Assembly: GCA_054661495.1 (NCBI GenBank)
Contig: BAAFSQ010000085.1
Location: forward strand, 1 to 32,000
Source of the DNA: Zygophlyctis sp. KS116
Taxonomy: Eukaryota; Fungi; Chytridiomycota
DNA: 32,000 nt
Direction: 5' to 3'
The notes below the pieces were generated by a model. That model ran no database searches. It saw nothing but the letters and a program-made list of their open reading frames with translations, and had not been told where the DNA came from. A program made the translations under genes and the position numbers. Each line of letters begins with the position of its first letter. Position 1 is the stretch's first letter. Below, piece after piece: positions 21,847-32,000 of the stretch.

Positions 21847-24407
21847 TTAAAGAAGCATCACTAATTCAATTTCATTGGGATTACCTCCTTTTTCTTCAAA
21901 CACGACAATGGTCGCATCTTGTAGTTCCTGCCCATTGAACTTCACTAACCATTCATATGGAATGTGATAGTAACTCTGAGAAGGTTCCCCACAATTTGTA
22001 AGACATTTATGATCATAAAATCCGCCAGCGTAATTACATGATTTACAATTGTTATTAGGGGTGATGTCCCAGTATCTACCAATAGAATGTCCATTAACCC
22101 AGATATTTCCTTTTCCCATTTTTGACATATTGAGCGCAAAAGAAACAAAAGGTTTTTGACTTTGGTCTATATTTGCCTTCAAGAGAAGATCTTTAATCTT
22201 GATAGAGGGGATATAAATTTTATACCATATAAGGGAGGCATAAACAGGTAATTCTTGAGTTTTCCATCCATGATCAACATCTTGATTGTAGTACTGTAAC
22301 TGTTCGCCCTGTATTCCTGCTTGATGATTCCAATCATTTTTGCCAAGTTCCTTACCGTTTAAATAAATCAAAGAGTCAAACAATCCTTTTTTGACTGAAT
22401 CATACCATGGTCCATAGTTTTTAAGTCCCATAACAACAGACAGAATAGTTATATTATGAGATTGATTGACCGATGAAGATAACATGCTTGAAGGAAGAAA
22501 TGCTGGTTTACTTATATTATAAAAAATTACCAGATATTTCTCTTGTTTCATCCAGAGAGGTTGGAACCGAAATTGCAGAAGGAAACATTGGAATATCATC
22601 AACCCAAATGTACCAAACATCGGTGACCGATTTGATATTGACAAATATCGGCTGTAGATTATTTATTTCCAAATTGATGTTGGATAATGAATACCATAGA
22701 TAGTCCGTTTTATCTTTGGTAATTGATAATTGTTCCTGCAAAACATCAATCTTTGAGCTAGAGTTGTCCCATATCCCGATGTTTTCAGGAATCCATTGCA
22801 TAATTAATTCAGCATCTTCAAATTTATATCGCAAATCCGTTTCTTTTGGATCTTTTCTTGGCGATTTACTGGGTACTACTACTACGTCTGACGTAGAAAA
22901 AAGAAGTTTCAAATCATTTCCACCCTTTTTCTTATCGTAGAATTCAACTGTCCATTTAGGAACAATGTAGGATTTCTGACCGAATTTGAATGTCGCAGAG
23001 TTTTTATCCCGGTAATTACTAAAAACGACAAGAGCTTCTGATGAGTCATCAGTATCACCATATATATGAACCTCCTTGCCCCACCCAGGATAAAGATACT
23101 TTGGTTTAGAATTCAGTAAAAGTTGTTCATATTTACGAAGAACAAAATGTAGTTTGGCAAGATGATCGTATTTAGGCTGTGAAGGAAATCCATATTCATT
23201 TACTGGAGCATCGTAGTCGTAAGAGGTTGTCTGATACTCTCCTCCATTCCTCCCAAAATTTGTACCTATATTTCAATAGATCTAGTGTTACCACCATGCC
23301 ACATATAATACGAAACATATGTCCCACCTTTTATTATAAATCGAGCAATCGAAAACGCCAAATCTTGAGAAGTTCTTATTGGCTTTGCATCACCCCATTG
23401 CTGAAACCAACCAGACCAAAGTTCGGTAAACATGGCTGGTTGCTTAATGGATACCGAATGTTGACCGATCCAATTGTCGCTATATATAAGATCTTAAAAA
23501 CTAACCAATAAAACCCATTACAAGTCGTTATTACCGTTTTTATTCCCTCAGAGAGACACATAATCCATGGAACACCAGTATCTAAATTATTGGCAAGATC
23601 AGCTGCCCAGGAAATATATCTTTTTCCATCCTCCCCATATGATTTAATTACATCTACGATTATAAAGTTAAAATTATACTATCATATTCATTTTCAATCT
23701 GCATCATAATTATGTTTCCACCTTTACTAGCAAGAAAAGCATCAATTGCATTTACAGTTTTCCTTACAAAAATTTCCATGGAATCCATAAATGGCTGATT
23801 CCAAGTTCGGACTGTTAGTCCACTTATATCTCTTATCCAATAAGGGAATCCTCCAAAGTTCCATTCTGTATATAATTATCCAATAATATTTACCTGCACA
23901 AACATACGGCCCGATTCTTAGATTAACCCATAAATCTTCATCTTTGGCTGTTTTCAAAAATTTAAGTAAATCATCAAAATCGAATTTCCCTTCTTGTGGT
24001 TCATGCAAATTCCAAAAAACATAAGTATCAATAGTATTTATGCCCGCTTCCTTGGCTTGTTTAAGCAAGTGCGCCCACATTCCTGGAGACGATCTAGGAT
24101 AGTGAATCGCCCCAACAATCAGTAACTGCCGTTTACCATCAATTGTTAATGCATGATCATCATAAGAAATGTTTGTTAGTTTTTGTCTCGGAACTGTAGT
24201 ATCAATCTGTTTTCTTTCATTAGGCATGTATGAAAATATTGATTTTTTTTCCAGCAAAACTGTTATGAGTGCGGTCATGATCATGATTAAAAGCATAAAA
24301 GAACTCCATAATAAATATCTTCTTTTATCATCAGGCTTATAGTATGGGTCAAATTCTTCCATTTGTGATTCTACTGCATCATCATTAGTGTGGTTGTCCG
24401 AATTCAT
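21847..24407 (-). CDS. GH35 beta-galactosidase, copy 1, N-terminal membrane anchor, 5 introns
   Basis: [97 protein letters not shown]. Introns 23866-23893, 23654-23679, 23480-23505, 23266-23291, 22503-22530. Confidence 0.93.
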
Positions 24408-24454
24408 TAGTATCTCGCGCATGAGTGAAAGAATCACGAAAATTGAACGCGTGA

Positions 24455-25610
24455 ATGAAGGGATCAAACGGTTTGCAATGGATCAATTTCAACCATGATC
24501 AGTCGCTTGTAAGCATGGGTACTAGATTAGGCTGTCGGGTATTTAGCATCAATAATGAAATACAATGCGTTTTTTCTAGAGAGTCAAAGGATTTAGGAAT
24601 TGTTCAATTGCAAAACTCAAATCTGTTACTACTAACCGGCGCTTCTTCTAGATTTCCTCCTAATAGGCTGTGTATATATGATGTTCAAAATTCTTTAAAT
24701 CTGTTGCAAATAGAACTCAAAAGTAGAATCCTTAATCTGCATTGGGTCAAGCAATGGTTGGTTGTTATTTTACAGGATTCAGTCTATGTATATATCATTG
24801 ATGAAAGCCCACGGAAACGTTTTGTTTTTGAAACTTGTAGTAATTCGGAAGGATTGGCGGATTTACATGTTGGTGAAACTTGTCTTTTGGCAATTCCTGG
24901 TAGAAATCTTGGGCAGGTAAAAGTTCAGTCATAAGAAATAGGTTCAAATAGTTAAGCTCTCAGACGCTAAAAATGTTGCAATTTCATTAATTCTTGCTCA
25001 TTCATCTGGAATAACTTGTCTAAAGTTATCTGATTCTGGAAAACTACTTGCCACAGCATCTGAAAAAGGAACTCTAATTAGAATTTGGGATGTATCGTCT
25101 TCTAGACTCTTGACAGAGCTGAGAAGAGGGACTGATCAGGCTAGAATATATAGTTTGGCATTTTCTAGTGAAGAAACTAGACTTGCAGTATCTTCAGATA
25201 AAGGAACGATTCATGTTTTTAATCTGATCTCAACAGATAGAATCTCTTCATCTCCGCCTCTTTCTGGGAATAGAATTTCAGTTTTTTCACCATTGTCATC
25301 ATATCTTCCCAAATACTTTTCTTCAGAATGGAGTTGGGCGTCATTTTCACTACCAATTGGTAATATTAAGATTATTTATTTTTTAGAATCTCAATGTATT
25401 CTAAAATTCTACTCTTCTCAATCTGGAAGTAATGAATGTATTGTGGTTTTGTGTTCTGATGGCTCATTATATAAATATAGACTTTCTGAAGCAAACAGGA
25501 CATTTACTCTAGATACGTTTCAGGTTTTATGGCATGACACTGCGAATCCTGGTTTATGGAATAACATTAAAGATTTCTGGGATGATTGGTTTGAAGAAGG
25601 CCTGATCTAA
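24455..25610 (+). CDS. PROPPIN WD40 protein (Hsv2/WIPI3-4, Atg18 family), 2 introns
   Basis: FNHDQS, LATASEKGTLIRIWD, phosphoinositide motif ELRRG, SSDKGTIHVF, LPKYFSSEWS. Introns 24917-24941 and 25360-25386. Confidence 0.9.
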
Positions 25611-25694
25611 ATTCATATCTTTTCAGGAATGGGAATATAAAAGTATAGACATAATAATTTCTTTGATGTTTTCATGCCCGAAAACGCGCAGTAA

Positions 25695-27364
25695 ATGAAG
25701 AGATTCGTCCGCTCTCTATCGTCCAAAGTCTCAGAGTTCTCCCTCCATGAGAAACTACTCAAGGACCTTGGAATCGCTGAAGAGAATTTAGGCGTATTCA
25801 ATGGAAAATGGTCCGGAGGCCAATTATTCCATTCTGTCAATCCAGCAACTAATCGTATCATCGCAAGTACTAGAGTAGGATCTCCAAAGGATGTACAGGA
25901 TACTCTTTTACTCATGGAGAAAATAAAGCCTCAATGGAGAGCGATGCCAATGCCAAAGCGTGGAGAAATCGTACGACAGATGCGGCAAGCTCTTGATGAT
26001 AAGAAGGAATCTCTAGGAAAACTTGTAGCACTGGAAATGGGGAAAATATTACCAGAGGGAATTGGAGAAGTTCAGGAATATGTTGACATTTGTGATTATG
26101 CTATTGGACTCAGCAGAATTGTAAGATTTCCAAGATAATTCATTCTTTAGGTTGGAGGATCTACTCTACCATCAGAAAGACCTGGACATTTTATGATGGA
26201 AGAGTGGAACCCTTTGGGAACGGTTGGAGTAATTTCGGCATTTAATTTCCCTGTTGCAGTATATGGTAATGAAATCAAATGGATTAATTCTAAGGCTGGA
26301 ACTCTGCTCTTGCTTTGACTTTAGGGAATTCAGTGTAATATTCAGATTCAATAATTTGCATAGTTTATGGAAAGCAGCTCCAACTGTTAATTTGTGCGCA
26401 ATCGCGGTTACTAAAATCCTTCAGAAGGTTTTAGAGGATAATAATATTCCTGGGGCTTTATGCTCTCTAGTTTGTGGCGGAGCAGATGTTGGACAAGAGA
26501 TGGCTTCTAATTCATTGGTCGATCTCTTGTCATTTACTGGATCTACTGAAGTGGGAAGAACAGTCGGTACAATAGTCCAGAAAAGATTTGGTCGTTCACT
26601 TTTGGAATTGGGCGGAAATAATGCAATCATCTGTATGGATGATGCAGATATAGATTTGGCTGTACGATCGGTACTATTTGCCGCTGTGGGTACTGCTGGT
26701 CAAAGATGTACGACCACTAGGAGACTTTTGCTTCATGAATCAATTAAAGACGAGTTTATCTCTAGACTTATTCGTGCATATTCTCACATAAAAATTGGAG
26801 ATCCATTGCAGTCAGGTACTAAATTTACTCATTGAGCCAAAAGGAATTTTATGTGGGCCTCTTCATACAAAGGCGGCGATTGAAGCATTCAAAAATGGTG
26901 TTGATAAAGTCAAGAAGCAGGGTGGAACTATTATTTGCGGTGGAAATGTTATACCATCTGAGGGTAACTTTGTAGAACCAACCATCACAAGCATTTCATA
27001 TGATGCACCTGTTGTACAAAATGAAATATTTGTACCTATTCTTCACACGATGACCTTCAAAACTTTAGATGAAGCTATATTCATTAATAACAGTGTTAAG
27101 CAAGGTTTAAGCTCCAGCTTGTTTACTTCATCAGTATCAAACATTTTCAAATGGACCGGGGCAAATGGTTCAGATTGTGGAATTGTTAATGTCAATATAC
27201 CAACAAATGGAGCTGAAATAGGAGGAGCTTTCGGCGGGAATAAAGAGACAGGCTGGGGTAGAGAGAGTGGATCAGACTCTTGGAAGCAGTATGCTCGACG
27301 AGCTACATGTACCGTAAATTATAGTGGCTCTCTTCCGCTTGCGCAAGGTATAAAGTTTGAATGA
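25695..27364 (+). CDS. ALDH7A1: aldehyde dehydrogenase family 7 (antiquitin, aminoadipate-semialdehyde dehydrogenase), 4 introns
   Basis: [80 protein letters not shown]. Introns 26121-26150, 26266-26294, 26335-26363, 26816-26843. Confidence 0.95.
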
Positions 27365-27382
27365 ATAAATTATTCGATAAAT

Positions 27383-29946
27383 TCAATTTAAAAGTACTAA
27401 TTGAACGCCTGTGGGATCACCTCCCTTTTCCTCAAATAGTATTATCTCTAAAGTAGAGGGTGAAAAATTCTCCCCCAGTATCCAATCGCTCGGAATATGA
27501 TAATAACTCTGACTGGGTTTTTGGCAATCTATAGGGCATTTTGTCGCAAAGAATGACCCTGCCCAATCACAATTCGGACATTCTGTATGTTCAGATTGAA
27601 TATCCCAATATCGCCCTACAGAATGAGTGACGCCTCTACTTGAAATCCATGCATGTCCCTTACCCATTGTGCCAAGAAAAAGTGTAAATGAGACTAATCC
27701 TTTGGTATAGAGGTGGGATTGTTTCATCATTTCTAAGATTTCCTCTCTAGATATAGTTATTTTGTACCAAATTAAAGGCGCCTGAATTGCATGTGTGGCT
27801 ATAGGTGTCCATGGAAAATCATTCGGATTTTCGTAATACTTAGAGATTATGATAATTCAACTTACTGCTTTGTACTCGCCTTTAAGCCCAATTTGGTGAA
27901 TCCAATCTCCTTCTGTTATATCATGGCTGTTCATCATAATTGATCCGTAAAGTCCTTTTTGGACTCTCTCATAAAAAGCACCATAGTTTAGTAGTCCCAT
28001 GGTAACAGATAATATGCTTATATTGAAACGAGAGCTTGAAAATCTTGAAGTAGGAATAACAACTATCAAATTATTTTGCTGTGTTAAATACCTTTAGTTG
28101 AGGAATCGTGATTCTTCTCTCCTTGCTGGTCCAAATTAACGTTCATTACAGCTACTTCATCACGATGTGCTAAATTTCCATCAATATATATGTATACGAG
28201 ATCAGTCGGAGGTCTGATAGTAATAACCACACTTTCTTTATTTTCAATCTGGAGATCCAAATTGTTACGATGGTACCATAAATAATCAGTTTTGTCATTT
28301 GTAAACCTAATTTGCTCAACTGGCCTGTTAAATGTATATGCTAATGATTTTTCCCAGATCCCAACCGGTTCCTTAATCCAGCTAATGGACGTTGACAAGA
28401 CTTTTAGTCTTGATTCTGATGAGGAAGGCTCTCTTTGACCATTTAGGAGGGCTGTCTGAGGTGAAATCGCAGAAGTTGAGAACAATTCTGACAATAACTC
28501 ATCTGATCCTTTTTTAAGCAAAAGCGCTGTCCATTTTGGGACTTTGAAAAACTGGCCATTCAAGCTTATTGCGGCGTCACGTTTAGAATCTGAATTAATC
28601 AAGAAAACAAATGCATTTGATTCTTCCGAATCCCCATAAATATACGCTTCCTTTAAAAGTTAAACAAAACACAGGTACCTGATACCAACCAAAACTAATT
28701 TTTTTGGGGCTATTGGCGAGCAAAATTTCTGCATTATCATTTATTACTCTATGCAGACTTGCCAAATGATGATATTTTTTCGTTTCAAAGCCATATTCAT
28801 TGAGTGGAGCGTCGTAATCATAACTGGTGACTTTAAAGTCACTTCCCCATCTCTCACTCAAAATTAGATTAGCGATTGTTTCTTACAAATTTGTACCGCC
28901 ATGCCACATGTAATATGTTAAAAAAGAACCACCTTTGGCAAACCAAAGAGCCACCGAGTATGCTAAATCTTCTGACGGTCTAATCAACTTTGGGGTTGCC
29001 CAATGCTGAAACCATCCTGTCCAAAGCTCAGTAAACATGGCTGGAGTATTGTAAGCATTTTTCCAATGCTGATTAATCCAATTATGACAATAGAACCCAT
29101 TGCAAGTGAGTATAATTGTGTCAATATTGTTTTGTTGGCACATAAACCATGGTACTCCCGTATCAAGACTATTTGCGAGATCTGCCGCCCAAACTATATA
29201 CTTGTCCCCTTTTTGCCCGTATTCCTTTTGAACGTTGCCATATTCATTTTCCATTTGCATTGCTATTATAGGACCTCCCCCACTATCTTTTAAAAATATA
29301 TAACAATACGTAGCAAGATATGGCCTAACTACCTCTACTGATTTACGAACAAAGCTTTCCATTAAGGTCATAAATGGCGCATTCCATGTCCGAAATACCA
29401 TATCTTGTCATAAATTCAAAACCATTATTACCTGGCTTTTTTAATAGCCAAGAGGGTATACCACCCAAATTCCATTCTGCGCACACATATGGCCCAATCC
29501 TCAGGATAACATACAATCCATGATCTTGGGCAAGTTTTAGAAATAGTGGTAAATTCGCATATCCTATAATTATTTTTATTTCCTATACCTGTTTCAAAAT
29601 CATACTGACCTTCTATTGGTTCATGTAAATTCCAAAAAACATAGGTATCTATAGCATTTATACCTGCTTCCTTTGATTTTTTGAATAAATGGGGCCACAT
29701 TCCTGGCGATGATCTTGGATAATGAATAGCTCCCACTATGAGTAATTCTCTTTTACCATTAATGATAAATGAGCGATGATCATAAGTAATATTTGAAAGA
29801 GTTTGTGAGCGGACACTCGGATATATTTTTTCCCGTTGAAAGAGAGATAATGTAATTGAAATCCCAATAATAAATAGTAAAAGACGCATGAGTCTTCCTT
29901 TTCTACGCAGACTATTTCTCATTATCAAGGAAGCTTTTAAAATCAT
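27383..29946 (-). CDS. GH35 beta-galactosidase, copy 2, N-terminal hydrophobic segment, 7 introns
   Basis: Same GH35 motifs ([57 protein letters not shown]). Introns 29564-29588, 29404-29431, 29283-29309, 28857-28886, 28651-28678, 28063-28091, 27839-27865. Start Met uncertain. Confidence 0.92.
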
Positions 29947-30141
29947 CGGAGCACTCCTAATTATTAAACTCAGTTCCGATCATTTAATAATTATACTGTA
30001 TCTATTTATCGACCGCCTTAATCTATGATCTGTGCAATGTATAATGTATTGATTGCATCTAATATTTGAATGCATTATATCTTAGAAAAGTAATGACATG
30101 TATTATATATGCTCTGAAAGCATTCAACCCTCATAATTGAA

Positions 30142-30442
30142 ATGCGTCGAAGCCATCAGGCAATCATAGTTTTTGGTTTCTTGTCCTTATTAGGCTTAAT
30201 AGGATTATATCTGATTATAATCCCTTCATCGAAACATAATCCATGGCTCTCAGTACTTTCAGCTGTAAGATTTCATCTTATAACGATAGTTTCCGTACTG
30301 GTGTTTGGTGGCATTTGGATCTTATTCTCTGTCTTCCATCGGCTGGGCTCTAGTTAATTTTGGAACTTGTGATGCTGCTAAAGTAGAACTTTTGGAGGAT
30401 ATAAAGTCTGCTAAAAGAGAATTAAAGACGATTCTTGAGTAG
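30142..30442 (+). CDS. DPM3: dolichol-phosphate mannosyltransferase subunit 3, 1 intron
   Basis: After intron 30265-30289 the frame reads FPYWCLVAFGSYSLSSIGWALVNFGTCDAAKVELLEDIKSAKREL: two TM helices plus the DPM3-type C-terminal coiled coil; about 91 aa. Confidence 0.85.
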
Positions 30443-30472
30443 TAATGACGTCTTCGAGATCATTGTTAAGAA

Positions 30473-32000
30473 ATGAACTCATTTCTATATCCTTCTGGAA
30501 ATAAGAATATTAAAGATAGCAAATACAAAAAAACAAAAGATGCGATGAATTCAGCTTTAGATAATTTAATGATGAGATCAGCCATGGGTGAATATCTTGG
30601 GAAGCATCCACTTACTTCACTTGGTAAATAGAGCATATTAAATTGTAGCTATTTCCACTCCAGGACCACTGGATTATGAACCGAAATTGTGTAAATCAGA
30701 GATTGCATACTCTATACTCGGGAAGAATAACGAGAAAATCGAAGATCAGTCTCCTGGGCCAATGAAGGTAATTTTGAACTATTAAAAATAGTATGATGTT
30801 GGATCAAACAAAGCAGGACTTTATAAAGGTCCAGAATGGAGTTTTGGGCATCGATTTGAGACAAAGCTTGGTATTATAATTTCATTAAAACTCAAAGTTA
30901 TGGAGGATACGTCTCATATCCCTTTTGGATCTGAGATGAAATCTGATTTTGGTAAAGATGCTAGAGCAGCTACTATATCAGGCTGGTTTAAATTATATGG
31001 TACTGGGTTCTGCTTAATTATAAAGGGGATAATAATCCAAGTCCAAATAGTTATCTGCCAAAAAATGAATTTGGACCCAATGGAACTGCACCAAAATTTA
31101 CTTTTGGAGGTAAATATGATCTTTCTGGTATTTTAAGAATTGATAATCTCAGAAAATGTTACCCCTGGACCATTAGACTATGTAGAAAAGATAAAGAAAG
31201 AAGGTCGAAGTTGTACAATTGGTTCTCGTTTTAAACAGAGTTCTTTTATTAGAGAAGAAAAAGGTTAGAAACTGCAACTAATTATAATAGAATTAACTCC
31301 TGGTCCAAATGCATACAATCCCAAGTTGTTTACTACAGAACAGGCCGCATCTCTTAAAGGACAACATAAGGAATTTACTAGTAATCATAATTCATTTTAA
31401 GGATAGTCCTCAATACTCCAGGTCCCGCAAATTACATTTTAACCCCTTCTCTATTTTCCGGACCACAATATTCGTTGACTGCACGAAATATTCCTTTTCA
31501 GAGTAAAATTCTTTTTTATTTTATCTTTTAGTTGGAAACACAGAAGATGATTACGTCGTAATAGCCCCAGGTCCTGCAGACTATGAGCCAAAAATCAATC
31601 TTACTAAGACGAGTGTACCCATAGCCAGCTTAAAAGGCCGTTCAAGGCCTGAAAAAAGTATTTTTTTGGTTTTTAAATTATAGATCAGGGCGAATTCATA
31701 CCTGGACCAGGTGCTTATCAACCAAAAGATCGACAAATAAAGGGGAATAATGCACCAAAGGCAACATTAAAAAGTCGTCACTTTGTAAAAGTAGAAGAAA
31801 CACCAGGGTGCATTAATTTTTAAGACTAAAAATAGCCCTGGATATTATGATTCACATATTGCTGAAGATAAATTGCGACCGTCGCATGTGGTAAGAATCA
31901 GTAAGATAAGAAATGAAGGTAAAATCTTTTCTGTTAATTTCTAGATCGATTAAACTCAAACGAGGATATAACTCCTGGACCGTCTGATTACGTTTTTAAA
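30473..32000 (+). CDS. ODF3/SHIPPO PGP-repeat protein (flagellar), 3' partial, 11 introns in window
   Basis: Recurring TPGPLDY, SPGPMKY, PSPNSY, TPGPNAY, TPGPANY, APGPADY, IPGPGAY, TPGPGYY, TPGPSDY after removing 24-29 nt introns. Runs off the window end. Confidence 0.85.

Noticed and set aside
105-32000. Pseudogenes, programmed frameshifts or an alternative genetic code as the cause of fragmented ORFs
   Set aside because: Every break is bounded by GT..AG, and removal restores conserved motifs under the standard code.

Overview
AT-rich, extremely compact eukaryotic DNA, most likely a zoosporic (chytrid-type) fungus. This is inferred from fungal-like housekeeping proteins plus an ODF3/SHIPPO-type flagellar repeat protein. 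The ORF track is fragmented because the genes are split by tiny GT-AG introns. By restoring conserved reading frames by hand I reconstructed 20 protein genes and about 76 introns. All introns but one are about 24-32 nt. The exception is a 138-nt intron in cytosolic LeuRS with a canonical CTAAC branch point that hosts a box C/D snoRNA of the snR54/SNORD59 type. Genes in order: casein kinase 1, HMT1/ABCB6-type ABC half-transporter, DUF6787-like protein, RNA Pol I second-largest subunit, Derlin, a novel 3x-repeat protein, class 3 lipase, hypothetical, OAC1-like carrier, hypothetical, LeuRS, arrestin-fold protein, PSD1, mitochondrial TrpRS, GH35 beta-galactosidase (copy 1), Hsv2/WIPI, ALDH7A1, GH35 (copy 2), DPM3 and an ODF3-like protein. 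Most notable signals: the miniature-intron system with distance-based 3' splice-site choice, the intronic snoRNA, two convergent gene pairs that share a TTAA double stop, 16-30 nt spacers between same-strand genes, GH35 paralogs with almost no shared intron positions, and a 22-nt palindromic tandem repeat in a bidirectional promoter. All splice models are manual inferences with no RNA evidence.
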